A DNA stretch of 64,000 bases from an uncultured Acidobacteriota bacterium (GTDB taxonomy: Bacteria; Acidobacteriota; UBA6911; RPQK01; JAPXNP01): contig CAVZRV010000013.1 in assembly GCA_963777605.1 (NCBI GenBank), positions 32,001 through 96,000 of the forward strand, read 5' to 3'. Below are positions 30,101 through 40,724 of this stretch, one piece after another. A program made the position numbers and the translations under genes. The first letter of the stretch is position 1. The number at the start of each line of letters is the position of its first letter. The notes beneath the pieces were generated by a model that was not told the DNA's origin, ran no database searches, and saw only the letters and a program-made list of their open reading frames with translations.

Positions 30101-33100
30101 TGCGCGACAGGACGCTTCGTTCTTCTCTTTCCCTGGCGACCCCGGCCGTCGTCATCCTGGCTGTCATGGGTGCGGCTTTTGCCGGTGGTCCCAACAACCT
30201 GGACTACCAGGGCGGTTTCCTGCGTTGGAACACGACAGTATCGGTTCCCTTTACGATTGACAACGGCCCGCTTCGAAGCGGAATCACGCGGGACACCGGG
30301 GCGGCGATTGTCCGTGAACAGATGGCCAAGTGGACCGATGTGCCCACGGCTTCGATCCTGCTCCACGACAACGGTTTCCTGAATATCGATGTCGATGCAA
30401 CCAACTACCGTTCCTTTTTCGGGTTCGACTCGCCTCAGGGGCCGTTTGTACGTGCCGAGAATCCAGTTATTTTCGACGCTGACGGGAAGATTACCGACGA
30501 CTTTCTGGGGTCTGGGTCGAGCAACCAGACGCTCGGCTTTGCCGGTATCCGCTCTGTCCAGGGCGACGAGTTCTTGTCCGGTTGGGCGGTCCTGAACGGC
30601 AGGCAGGCGTCCGCGACGAGTGTCACATTTCGCCAGACCGTGCTGCACGAGCTGGGGCATTTCATTGGTCTTGACCACTCACAGGGTCTGATCGAGAACT
30701 GGAATAACCCCGGTGCTGACCATCTCGGTGACGTCCCGGTGATGTTTCCCTACGGCTCCGAGCCGGACCTGCCTTCCAAGCCCATCACCGACGACATTGC
30801 CTGGCTTTCGTGGATGTACCCGGTGGCGGGCTGGGCGGAGAGTACCGGAACCATCAAGGGACAGGTGTTCCGCCTCCGCATGGACGGCCCTCCGCTGCAG
30901 GGTGCCAACGTCGCCGCGATTCCGGCTATTTCGGACGGGAAGGGCGGATTTCTTGAAGCCCGTTCCAACATTGTGACCTGCGTGTCCGATTTCCTGGCGG
31001 AGGGAACCGGCGAGTTCGAATTGCCGGGCCTCGCGCCCGGTTACTACTTCGTTCGCATCGACCGGATTTCCACTTCCTTTACAGGGGGAAGCGGGATCGG
31101 TCCCTTCGACGACCGGCCGGAGAGCTTTGCTCCGGACTACTACGACGACCAGGAATCGGCGACGGATGATAACAGCCGCAAGGTGGCGATCCATGTCGGC
31201 GCGGGTGAGACCGTGACCGGAATCAACATGGTTGCCAACGAACCCCTCGTCCTGTTCACCAAGTTGACGGTAGGGGCGCCGGCGATTCACCTTTCGGCGA
31301 TGGGTGATGACGATACCAAGATGGTGTTGTTTCCCGATTCCTTCGGGTTTCCCTTTTACGGTCGTATCTACCGCGAGGTCTACGTCAACAGCGACGGCAA
31401 TCTCACCTTCGGCGTCGGCGATGCGATCCCCGGGGCGCCTCGAACCGAGGACCGTTTCCTGAGCGGGCCGCCGCGAATCGCGCCGCTCTTCACCGATCTG
31501 GATCCTACCACCGCCTATGTATACGGCGGGAGCGTCGATGCGGATGCGGGCGTGGGCTACGTGCGTATTCGCTGGATCGCCGTGCCGGAGTACCTGGAAG
31601 TCGGAGTCGGCGATCCCAACACGTTCTCCGTCGTGCTCTATTCGACGGGCGAAATTTCCTTCGAATACGGCAACATCAGCGTGACTCCAGACCAGGACGA
31701 TGTTTACGGGACTCTTCAGGCGATCGCGGGAGTCTCTCCGGGGCACGTCTACATAGGCTCCTCGACAGACCTGTCAGGAGCCGTCCAGTACGACATGAGT
31801 GGAGCTCCGGTCTATCAGGTCTTTCCCGATACCGCCCCCACCAACGCTTTCGACCTGAGCGGACGTTCAATCCGTTTTCTGGCTGATCTGACAGACCTTT
31901 ACTTTCCATTTATTCAGGGAGACTCTCAGCTCTTCACCGGGATTGCGATCAGCAATTACGGCAGTACGACGGCCGCCGTCGCCGCCGAGTTCAGGGGCGC
32001 CGATGGAGACCTTCAGGGCTACCCGTTGAACCCGACCCAGTTCGAGATCGCTCCGGACGCCCAGTACGCGGCCCTGGGTCGGGAGATGTTCGACATTCCT
32101 GCCGGAGAGAGCCATTCGGGTTGGGCCAGGCTGGTTTCGACCGATCCGGAGATCGGCAGCTTCTTCCAGTTCGGAAACGGGCTGGTTGGCCCGCTGACGA
32201 AGATGGATGGGTCCACGGCCTGGACGACGCAATCCCAGAAGCTCTACTTCACCCGGATCTACCAGGGACAGGCGGTGTATCCCTCCTACAGCGGGCTCAA
32301 GGATGCGACGACCTGGCTCTCGATCGTGAACCCGAACGAGCAGGACATCACCGTAACGATGCAGCTGTTCAGCCCCCAGGGTGCCCAGATTGGGACCAAC
32401 GTGGTCCGGCCCATTGCAGCCCAGGGGCGGATTTTCGACACGGTCGCATCGATCTTCAACCGGGATGGCGATCCGTTCTATGACGGGTACGTCAAGGTGG
32501 TGGTGGATGGCCCCGGCGCAATTGGGTTCGAGATGATCGAACTCGCCGACAGCCTGTTTGGACTGAACGCCGCAACCGATACCGCGGCCCAGGTTCTCTA
32601 TTCGGCCCAGTTGGGACACGGATCCACAATTTATACGAGTCTGAAGCTCGTCAATCCAACCAGTACGGTGGCTACCGTCACCGTGAGAGCTTTCATTCGT
32701 GAGGCCGGGGGGACGATTGGTGAGCGAGTGTTTGGCCCGTTTCAGCTCGGGCCAAATCAGGCCCTCCAGCAGACGGCCGCAGCCATGTTTGGCCTTGGGC
32801 CTGGCGGCACGGACCTGGTGGAAGGATCGATGCGCGTGAACGTGGAGGGGGCGGGAGCTTTCGTCGTCGGTGACGTCGTTTTCGGCGATCCGCAGTCGGC
32901 CCGCTTTGCGGCGGCCCTTCCACTGCAGTCGCGTCTTTTCCGGAAGGCCGTGCAGGGACAAATTTCCAACGGCCGAGTGCCCGGTAATCCGTCACTCGAT
33001 TCCTTTACCGGGCTGGCGCTCTTCAACCCGAACACCACTTCGGCGCACGTGACCGTGGAGGTTTTTGACAAGGACGGCAACAGCGTCGGCAGCAAGGAGC

Positions 33101-33285
33101 TCACGTTGAAGGCCAACGAACGGATCTCCAAGCTTCTCTACGAGACGGATTTCGTTCCGGAGAGCCTCGGGCTGATTCGAGGATATGTCGTCCTCACGGC
33201 CGATCAGCCGATCGTGGCCCAGCAACTCTTCGGGAATCTGGCTCTGGACTACCTCTCCGCCGTGGTCCCGACCATTGTGGAGTAG
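30097..33285 (+). CDS. Secreted matrixin-like (M10) zinc metalloprotease with NIDO-like and repeated Acidobacteria-type modules
   Basis: HELGHFIGLDHS plus the VMFP Met-turn; FPFYG...YVNSDGNLTFG...RIAPLFTDLDP; four TG(I/L)AxxNP-type modules. Confidence 0.88.
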   Translation: MMRDRTLRSSLSLATPAVVILAVMGAAFAGGPNNLDYQGGFLRWNTTVSVPFTIDNGPLRSGITRDTGAAIVREQMAKWTDVPTASILLHDNGFLNIDVDATNYRSFFGFDSPQGPFVRAENPVIFDADGKITDDFLGSGSSNQTLGFAGIRSVQGDEFLSGWAVLNGRQASATSVTFRQTVLHELGHFIGLDHSQGLIENWNNPGADHLGDVPVMFPYGSEPDLPSKPITDDIAWLSWMYPVAGWAESTGTIKGQVFRLRMDGPPLQGANVAAIPAISDGKGGFLEARSNIVTCVSDFLAEGTGEFELPGLAPGYYFVRIDRISTSFTGGSGIGPFDDRPESFAPDYYDDQESATDDNSRKVAIHVGAGETVTGINMVANEPLVLFTKLTVGAPAIHLSAMGDDDTKMVLFPDSFGFPFYGRIYREVYVNSDGNLTFGVGDAIPGAPRTEDRFLSGPPRIAPLFTDLDPTTAYVYGGSVDADAGVGYVRIRWIAVPEYLEVGVGDPNTFSVVLYSTGEISFEYGNISVTPDQDDVYGTLQAIAGVSPGHVYIGSSTDLSGAVQYDMSGAPVYQVFPDTAPTNAFDLSGRSIRFLADLTDLYFPFIQGDSQLFTGIAISNYGSTTAAVAAEFRGADGDLQGYPLNPTQFEIAPDAQYAALGREMFDIPAGESHSGWARLVSTDPEIGSFFQFGNGLVGPLTKMDGSTAWTTQSQKLYFTRIYQGQAVYPSYSGLKDATTWLSIVNPNEQDITVTMQLFSPQGAQIGTNVVRPIAAQGRIFDTVASIFNRDGDPFYDGYVKVVVDGPGAIGFEMIELADSLFGLNAATDTAAQVLYSAQLGHGSTIYTSLKLVNPTSTVATVTVRAFIREAGGTIGERVFGPFQLGPNQALQQTAAAMFGLGPGGTDLVEGSMRVNVEGAGAFVVGDVVFGDPQSARFAAALPLQSRLFRKAVQGQISNGRVPGNPSLDSFTGLALFNPNTTSAHVTVEVFDKDGNSVGSKELTLKANERISKLLYETDFVPESLGLIRGYVVLTADQPIVAQQLFGNLALDYLSAVVPTIVE

Positions 33286-33292
33286 TCTGGTG

Positions 33293-33987
33293 ATGAGCCT
33301 GGAAACGATCACGACTGTGACCCTGGATGTGGGCGGGACGATCCTGTTCCCCCATCCGTCCGTAGGTGAAGTCTACGCCGAGGTAATGGCCTCCCATGGT
33401 CTTGTTGTGGGCCGGGAAGAACTGGAGAAGCGTTTCCAGAAGATGTTCGCCTTGACCCGGACAGGGCCCCGTGCCGTAGTGGATGATGCTGCGGAGAAGC
33501 TCTTCTGGCGCGGTCTGGTCTGGGAAGTAATTGGCGACTTTTGTGCTGAAGACGTTTTTGAGGCTCTCTTCTCAGATCTCTACGACGCCTTCGCTCACCC
33601 CCGTCGCTGGCGGATCGCGGACGATGCAGTCGATGACGATCGGTGGACTGTCGAACCGGGGCTACCGTGTCGCGATCCTGAGCAATGCCGATTCCCGGCT
33701 CCGGCACATCCTGGAAGTCCTGGGCATTGCCCGGCATGGTCGAGAAGGTCTTCATCTCTGCCGAAGTCGGGTGCGAGAAGCCCGACCCGCGAATCTTCCG
33801 CCTCGTGGAGCGGGAACTCGGAGTGAAACCTGGCCAGGTCGTTCATGTCGGGGACAGCGAGTTTCACGACATCGCCGGTGCCCGGGCCGCCGGCTGGGCC
33901 AGTTTCCTGCTGGCCGACCGGTTTGATCCCGTCGGAGGAACGATCGGTTGCCTCGGCGACCTCCTCCAGTTGCTCAATCGAGGCTGA
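33293..33987 (+). CDS. HAD-family hydrolase (two +1 frameshifts near 33632 and 33731)
   Basis: LDVGGT, ILSNAD, SAEVGCEKPDPRIF and HVGDS...DIAGARAAG motifs, spread over three frames. Confidence 0.85.
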
Positions 33988-34163
33988 ACGGTCGAACGGG
34001 CCGAGCTGTTCAACTTGTCTGATCGTTCCGACCGGGTCCTTTTCGCGGGCGATCCCTTCGAATACACTAGCCTTGTGCCCGGCGTGGAGTATTGCGCCGG
34101 GCGGGTTAGCGCTGGCGCCGCCGATTGGGGTCGGCATTTCAAGAATTGGAGGGATGCCACTGC

Positions 34164-36654
34164 ATGGCACGAGAGGGAACGCTTTTCTTCACCGATTCGG
34201 TCCGGCGGGCCGGTTATTCGCTGAGTAACCAGTTTGCCGAGCACATGGAGTTCTCGCTCGTCAAGACCCGGAAAACGGCGACCGAGTATGATTTCTACCA
34301 GGCGCTTTCACTGGCGGTGAAAGATCGTCTGATCCGCAAATGGCTGCGGACCCAGCACCACTACGTGGAGCAGGACTCCAAGCAGGTCTACTACCTTTCA
34401 CTCGAATTCCTGATGGGGCGGCTGCTCGGCAACACGCTGATCAACATGGAGTTTTACGATCAGTGCCGGGAGATTCTGCTCAAGGACGGCATCAACCTGG
34501 AAGAGATCATGGAACTCGAGTACGACATGGCCCTCGGCAACGGCGGGTTGGGTCGACTGGCGGCCTGCTACCTGGATTCGATGGCGACCATCGGGATTCC
34601 CGCCTGCGGCTATGGAATTCGCTATGAATACGGGATTTTTCGCCAGGAATTGCGCAACGGCTACCAGGTCGAGCAGCCCGACAACTGGCTCAGCTTTGGG
34701 AACCCCTGGGAAACGCTGCGGCGCGACATTACCTACCGGGTCCACTTTCACGGCCGTCTCGAGCCCCAGGGCGGGCCGGCCGGGTTGGCAACCCGATGGG
34801 TTGAGACCGAAGATGTCCTGGCGGTGGCCTACGACGTCCCGGTTCCGGGGTACCGGACCGAAACCGTGAACAACCTCCGGCTCTGGCAGGCCAAGTCAAC
34901 CAACGATTTCAGTTTCAGTGAGTTCGACCGGGGCAATTACCTGGCTGCCGTGGAAGACAAGAATCGCTCGGAGAACATTTCCAAGGTCCTCTATCCGAAT
35001 GACTCATCGGCCCAGGGAAAGATCCTGCGCCTGAAACAGGAATACTTTTTCGTTTCTGCTTCACTTCAGGATATTATTAGTAACTACCTGTTAAAAAAAG
35101 ATTCTTTTGATGATTTTCCGGAGAAGATTTTCATTCAGCTCAACGATACCCACCCGGTCATCGCGATCCCGGAGTTGATGCGGTTGCTCATCGATGAACA
35201 CGGGCTGGACTGGGACCGGGCCTGGTCCATTAGCCGGCGGTGCTTCGGGTACACCAACCACACTGTGGTTCCCGAGGCCCTGGAAGAGTGGCCGGTGGAG
35301 GTGCTGGAAAGCCTGGTTCCGCGTCACCTGCAGATCATCTACGAGATCAATTCCCGATTTTCTGGCTTCGGTACGCCGAAGTCGAGCGGCGAATGAACGG
35401 GAGATCGCCGAACTTTCGATCATTCGGGAGTTTCCCGAAAAGACGGTTCGCATGGCCAATCTGGCAGTCGTGACCAGCACTGCCGTCAACGGCGTGGCTT
35501 CGTTGCACACCGAGATCCTGAAAACCCGGATCTTCCCCCTTTTCGACCGTCTCTTCCCGGGGAAGATTCAGAGCATCACCAACGGGATCACTCCCCGGCG
35601 CTGGCTCAAGGTCGCCAACCCGTTTCTGTCCAGTCTGATCACCGAGACGATTGGCGACGGGTGGGTCACCAACCTGGAAGAACTGAGGAAGCTGGAGCCT
35701 TTTGCCGAGGACGAGGCCTTTCGGGAGGCCTGGGCGAATGTCAAGACGGCCCAAAAACTTCTCCTCAAGCGGGAGATCGAGCGAGAGTCGGATCTTCGGG
35801 TGAAAGTGGATTCACTGTTCGATTCCCAGGTGAAGCGGTTCCACCTGTACAAGCGCCAGTTGCTCAATGCCCTGCACATGATCACTCTGTACAACAGGAT
35901 TCGGCGGGACCCCGGGGAAAACCATCTGCCGCGCACGATTGTCGTGGGGGGCAAGGCGGCCCCGGCCTATGTCGAGGCCAAGCTGGTCATCAAGTTGATC
36001 AATTCCATCGCGGACGTGGTCAACCGGGATCCGGCGGTCAAAGGGTTGTTGCAGATCGTGTTCATGCCCAACTACTCGGTTGCGCTGGCCGAGAAGATCA
36101 TTCCTGCGACCGAGTTGTCGGAGCAGATTTCGACCGCAGGATACGAAGCTTCCGGTACGGGAAACATGAAGCTTGCGCTCAACGGGGCGCTCACCATCGG
36201 GACCTTGGACGGCGCGAACATTGAGATCATGGACGAAGTCGGCCGGGAGAACATGTTCATTTTCGGGCTCAACGCGGACGAAGTTGCCCGTCGCCACCAG
36301 GGAGGGTACCGGCCGCGCGATTTTTACGAGCAGGACGCTGAACTTCGTGAAGTCATCGACATGATTGAGGGCGGCTACTTCAATCCCGATGAGCCGGGTA
36401 TCTTCGGAATTCTCGTGCAGGAACTTCTTGAACGTGATTTCTTTTGTTTGCTGGCAGATTACTCGGCATATATTAAGGCTCAACTCGAAGTAGAATCGGT
36501 CTATCGCAATAGCCACGAGTGGACTCGCAGGTCAATTCTCAATGTCGCTCGAATCGGTCGATTCTCAAGTGACCGTTCGATCGCGGAGTACAACCGGCAG
36601 ATCTGGCGGGTGGAACCGGTCGCGATTTCCGAGGAGCGGTTCGGATCAATCTGA
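34164..36654 (+). CDS. glgP: Glycogen phosphorylase (+1 frameshift near 35360)
   Basis: YYLSLEFLMGR, ALGNGGLGRLAAC, QLNDTHP, EASGTGNMK and GTLDGANIEI motifs. Confidence 0.95.
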
Positions 36655-37262
36655 TGTTCCGTGACTCTCGAGATGAACCAGTCATGGCCTCGATTCAGCA
36701 GGCGGGGAGGCGGCTTCGATCGGTGCCTCCGCGGCGCCTGACTGCTCCGAACGGTAAGGAGGCGGCTGTCCTGATTGCACTGCAGGACCTGGCCGGAGAG
36801 GCCAACTTCCTGTTTACTCGACGGACCCAAACGGTGGCAACCCACAAGGGGCAGATCTCTTTCCCGGGTGGCGTGCGTGAGCGGCAGGATCGGGATCTCA
36901 TTGAGACCGCGTTGCGTGAAACCGAGGAGGAGATCGGGGTAGCCCGGGAGGAGGTCGAGGTCCTCGGAGAGTTCCACGATTACCTGGCCGTCACCGACCT
37001 GCTGGTCCGTTCCGTCGTGGGAATCGTTCCCGGTGACGTGGAATTCCGCCTCTTCCCCGAAGAGGTGGCCTATGTATTGCAAGTCCCGGTTCGCTTCTTC
37101 CAGACGACCGTGCCGGTCGTGGAGCAGCGCCTGGTTCAGGGCCAGGCACGGGACGTCTACTACTTCGATTACGAAGGAGAGACGATCTGGGGGCTGACAG
37201 CCCTGATCGTAGTCGATTTCGTTCAGTTTCTGCGCGATGATTGCGAACCAGGTATTGCATGA
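36654..37262 (+). CDS. Nudix CoA pyrophosphatase
   Basis: AAVLI, HKGQISFPGG, TALRETEEEIG and IWGLTA motifs. Confidence 0.92.
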   Translation: MFRDSRDEPVMASIQQAGRRLRSVPPRRLTAPNGKEAAVLIALQDLAGEANFLFTRRTQTVATHKGQISFPGGVRERQDRDLIETALRETEEEIGVAREEVEVLGEFHDYLAVTDLLVRSVVGIVPGDVEFRLFPEEVAYVLQVPVRFFQTTVPVVEQRLVQGQARDVYYFDYEGETIWGLTALIVVDFVQFLRDDCEPGIA

Positions 37263-37289
37263 ACTCCGGGCTCTGAATAAGCTCGTCGG

Positions 37290-39179
37290 ATGCCAGTATT
37301 GACCGGAGGCTGGAACCTGGAGGGAGGATTCTCTCACCTTGTCGAAGGTACTTCGCTTGAGCTCCTGCTTCGAGCAGACTCCGCGAACCTCGACCTGGAC
37401 ATTCCGCCCGTCGAATTTCTCAGAAAGCGCCAGGGAGCGACACTGACTTTTCAGGCCAAACGGGCCCTCCGAGGATACCTGCCGAAGCGAGTTTCGTGGA
37501 GAATCGAACCGGACGCCAGAATCATTGCGAAACTGCTCAGGCCTGGAAATGCCTACCTGGGCAATTTCCGGATTCCAAAGGAACAGTTTGGGCTGCAGTG
37601 GACGGTATCGGGAAAGGTCACTGCGACCTCGGCGCGCCGGGTCAGTGACGTCCTCTTCAATTTCCGAAGCGGCAGTCGAGTCACCTTCGCCTGGGTGGAA
37701 GTATTTGACGGAGAGTGGACGGTCCGGGAGGCACTTCTTGCCACATGGACCGGCTTTCGCGATCCCTTTGAAGCGAGAGAAATCGCGCTGATGCGCCCGG
37801 CCCAGGTGAGTCAGTTCAGTTGGTCCGGAAGTGCCCAGATACGGCTGAGCGCCGGTTGGGACCTGGCCCGCGGGTGGGAGCTTGGGGCGGAGTCCGAACC
37901 CTGGTTCGATGTTGCGGCCGGACTGCGAGCCGACATGGGGTTGGATGCCCGCTATACGTGGAGGCGAAGTGGGGACTTCTCACTCCGCTGGTCGAACCGG
38001 AGAGGGGCACTCAGCCTGTCTCTGCGTCGGAACAGCGGATGGGATCGTTCGGCCTCGATCGAAGTTGCCCTGGGAGCCGCCTCCCGGACCCGGGTCAAGT
38101 CCCCGCACGCGCTCCTGGACCCGGCGTTCAAACCGCTCAGGGACAAGGTTAAGGACGGGCTTGTCCGGCGCGCTGAAATCCTCCTGGCGGCGGAGGTCGC
38201 TCGTTGGCGGCGACGCAAGGAGTGGGTCAAGGCGAGCTGGAAACTCCCGCTCCCGCCAGGATTCACCGGAAGCTGTTCCCGGCTTCTCGAGGGCCGGATC
38301 TCTGAAGTCGGCAGTGGCGTCAAGGTTACTTCAGCCCTCGAAACGCTTCGGGGGCGAAGAGCGCGGCTGAGCCTCAACTTCCTGAATTGGCTTTCTCTTG
38401 GAATCGAACGGATTACTGAAGAGTCCGAGCGGTTTGAGCTCGACCCGATGGGCAACCTGCTAATGGAGCGGAACCTCAATGTAGAAAAGCGGCGATGGAG
38501 GGGAGAGAACCTCCGTTTTCTGAGGCTTCTCGCAACGGCCGGCCCCGATTCTCCGGTTCGTTGGGTGTTCGGAACGGAGGGTGCGCTGGAGAGGGAGCAA
38601 TCTCTCCGCGTCCTGAAGGCCGCTCAGAGTTTCGGGGTGCAGTCGCCGGGACGGCAGCCCGCAGAGGCGGAAGCCGCGAACGGCTCGCGGATTGTCTGGG
38701 GAACGGAATTCTCGTCGGCGGCAATCGATCGCATTCGGAATTCGTCGGAGAGGGCCCGCTGGGACGCCCTGGTCCTGGCGCTCGAACTTTCCGAGCCGGA
38801 CCGTTACGGATCGGACAGCTATTGGAGAGACTGGATCGAGTCTCGGGAACTGCGCGAGATCGTTGACCGGGAGCCGCTCCAGGCCCACCTGAGGAACCAT
38901 TACCCTTTACCTGGTCGCAGTGAAATCCAGCGCCGGCAGGCTGTTTCTGAGTATCGGAGATTTCGAAGTTTTCTTCGCTTTCTGGATCGGTGGGCCGGCA
39001 GTGGAAAGACGGAACTGCCGGCCGGAGATGACCTGGAACAGCTTTTGGAGGTTCCGATCTTCTACTTCTTTCACGCGCTCTGTCCGCCGGAAACCCGGAC
39101 GTCCTTTCTCCTCATGACGGGGGAACGGGAGCAGTTCTGGGGTGACGAGCAGTTGTTGAGCGAGATGTTGGAAGGTTAA
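37290..39179 (+). CDS. Hypothetical protein (629 aa)
   Basis: Long ORF co-oriented with the glgP/Nudix genes; no motif recognised. Confidence 0.65.
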   Translation: MPVLTGGWNLEGGFSHLVEGTSLELLLRADSANLDLDIPPVEFLRKRQGATLTFQAKRALRGYLPKRVSWRIEPDARIIAKLLRPGNAYLGNFRIPKEQFGLQWTVSGKVTATSARRVSDVLFNFRSGSRVTFAWVEVFDGEWTVREALLATWTGFRDPFEAREIALMRPAQVSQFSWSGSAQIRLSAGWDLARGWELGAESEPWFDVAAGLRADMGLDARYTWRRSGDFSLRWSNRRGALSLSLRRNSGWDRSASIEVALGAASRTRVKSPHALLDPAFKPLRDKVKDGLVRRAEILLAAEVARWRRRKEWVKASWKLPLPPGFTGSCSRLLEGRISEVGSGVKVTSALETLRGRRARLSLNFLNWLSLGIERITEESERFELDPMGNLLMERNLNVEKRRWRGENLRFLRLLATAGPDSPVRWVFGTEGALEREQSLRVLKAAQSFGVQSPGRQPAEAEAANGSRIVWGTEFSSAAIDRIRNSSERARWDALVLALELSEPDRYGSDSYWRDWIESRELREIVDREPLQAHLRNHYPLPGRSEIQRRQAVSEYRRFRSFLRFLDRWAGSGKTELPAGDDLEQLLEVPIFYFFHALCPPETRTSFLLMTGEREQFWGDEQLLSEMLEG

Positions 39180-39240
39180 AGTCAACCGGTCTCCGCTGCC
39201 GCCGTGGATCATTCAGAGAGTGAAGCTTGCCAAGAGTGCT

Positions 39241-39326
39241 TTGAACCGCAAAGTCGCCAAGGCGCAAAGAAATCTTTTGTTTTCAACAGCAACACTCTTA
39301 GCGCCCTTCGTGCTCTTGCGTTTCAA
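39241..39326. repeat. Imperfect inverted repeat
   Basis: TTGAACCGCAAAG...GCGCAAAGA pairs with TCTTAGCGC...CTTGCGTTTCAA. Confidence 0.55.
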
Positions 39327-39361
39327 TTCGAGGTCGACAGATGATCTCTGGGAACCGGGTC

Positions 39362-39526
39362 TCGCCGGGCAGGCTGGCCGGCCGACATACCAGGCAGGGT
39401 TGCCTGGGGGTAATACAGGCTGCCAGCCTGTTGGGTTACACGGGCTGCCAGCCCGCGGACAGGAGAGGCGGTTCGGCCAGTCGCCGGGCAAGCTGCCCGG
39501 GCGACATCGCAGGCAAGGTTGCCTGG
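39362..39526. repeat. REP/BIME-like palindrome cluster
   Basis: ~46-bp direct repeats at 39362-39407 and 39481-39526 (TCGCCGGGCA...CAGGCA(G/A)GGTTGCCTGG) flank the palindromes ACAGGCTGCCAGCCTGT and CGGGCTGCCAGCCCG. Confidence 0.7.
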
Positions 39527-39527
39527 A

Positions 39528-40526
39528 CTACTCTTCAGGGGCCAGGAACGCTTCAACCGCATCGAGGTAGACCTGGGGAGCCTCCCGGTAGGCAGCACCG
39601 TGGTCCGCTCCTTCCACGAAGAGCAGGCGCTTGTCGGCCCCGGGAATCGCGGCGTAGACCGCTTCGGCTACCGATCGAGGCATTCGGCGGTCCCTGTTTC
39701 CGTAGATGAGGAGGACGGGAACGTGATCGAGTTTGCTGGCGGCTTCGATGACGTTGACCGAGTTTGGCTCGAAGTGCCCGATTCGACAGAAGTTCCAGAG
39801 GAAGACCCGGGAGAAGGGAACTGCCGGGAAGCCCAGCAGGAGTTCCGCGTGATGTTCGACGGTCCGTTCCAGGCTGGCGAAGGGACTGTCGGCGACCAGC
39901 GACTGGATGCGGCCGGGATCCTGGGCGGCTGCCAGTACGACGGCGGCGGCTCCCATCGAAACACCACACAAGGCGATCTTTGAGGCTCCGGTTCGTGATC
40001 TCAGCTGGTCGGCGGCGGCGATGACGTCGAACTGCTCCATGTATCCCAGGGTGATCGGGGCCGGGTCACTGTGGCCATGCCCGCGGAAATCGAACAGAAG
40101 GGCAGGGAATCCCATTTCATTCAACCGGCAGGAGCGTTCCAGTACTTCGTGGCGGTCCCGGAAGAGTCCGTGGCAAAAGACAAACGGGCTGCGGCCGGCC
40201 TTGCCGGGTAGGTACCAACCGCGCAGCACGACGCCATCAGAGCTCGGGAAAGAGACGTCTTCGAAGGGGCGACCGTAGGTGGCCGGGTCCTGGGTCAGAT
40301 GCTGGTCCATAGGCCGGGTGGATGCGTGGGCAAGAAATTGGGAGGCGACAACGGGGAGCGCGACCAGAACCACCAGCGGCAGCAGGACGAGGTAGGCTAC
40401 GCCGGTCCATTTGAGGGTCTGGCGAAGGTGTCCGCGGCGGCCGGTGAGCCGGATGAGTAGCCAGCAGAGCCCTCCCACGATGACTGAAACCAACGCTAGA
40501 GCACCGGAAATGAAAAGCAGGGGCAT
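39528..40526 (-). CDS. Membrane-anchored alpha/beta hydrolase
   Basis: Two N-terminal TM segments; CHGL, FDFRGHGHS, GVSMG, LLIYGNRD and GADH motifs. Confidence 0.9.
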   Translation of the reverse strand: MPLLFISGALALVSVIVGGLCWLLIRLTGRRGHLRQTLKWTGVAYLVLLPLVVLVALPVVASQFLAHASTRPMDQHLTQDPATYGRPFEDVSFPSSDGVVLRGWYLPGKAGRSPFVFCHGLFRDRHEVLERSCRLNEMGFPALLFDFRGHGHSDPAPITLGYMEQFDVIAAADQLRSRTGASKIALCGVSMGAAAVVLAAAQDPGRIQSLVADSPFASLERTVEHHAELLLGFPAVPFSRVFLWNFCRIGHFEPNSVNVIEAASKLDHVPVLLIYGNRDRRMPRSVAEAVYAAIPGADKRLLFVEGADHGAAYREAPQVYLDAVEAFLAPEE

Positions 40527-40724
40527 GGGAATCTTGCGGGTAAGTATATGCCAGAGATGTGGAATGAGGCTATTTTAGTAGGCTCCGGTTACAATAGTCG
40601 GAAAATTCCTTGCCCGGATATGAGTTGCCGGAATTGAAGGCCGGTGCTGTTTTCAGGTCAATCGCCGCAGGGAGCGGATCTCAGTTCCGGGGACTGAAGT
40701 CAGAGTTGCAGGAAAGGACGAAGC

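Noticed and set aside
39362-39526. CRISPR array
   Set aside because: Only two imperfect copies with a palindromic spacer, and no cas genes.
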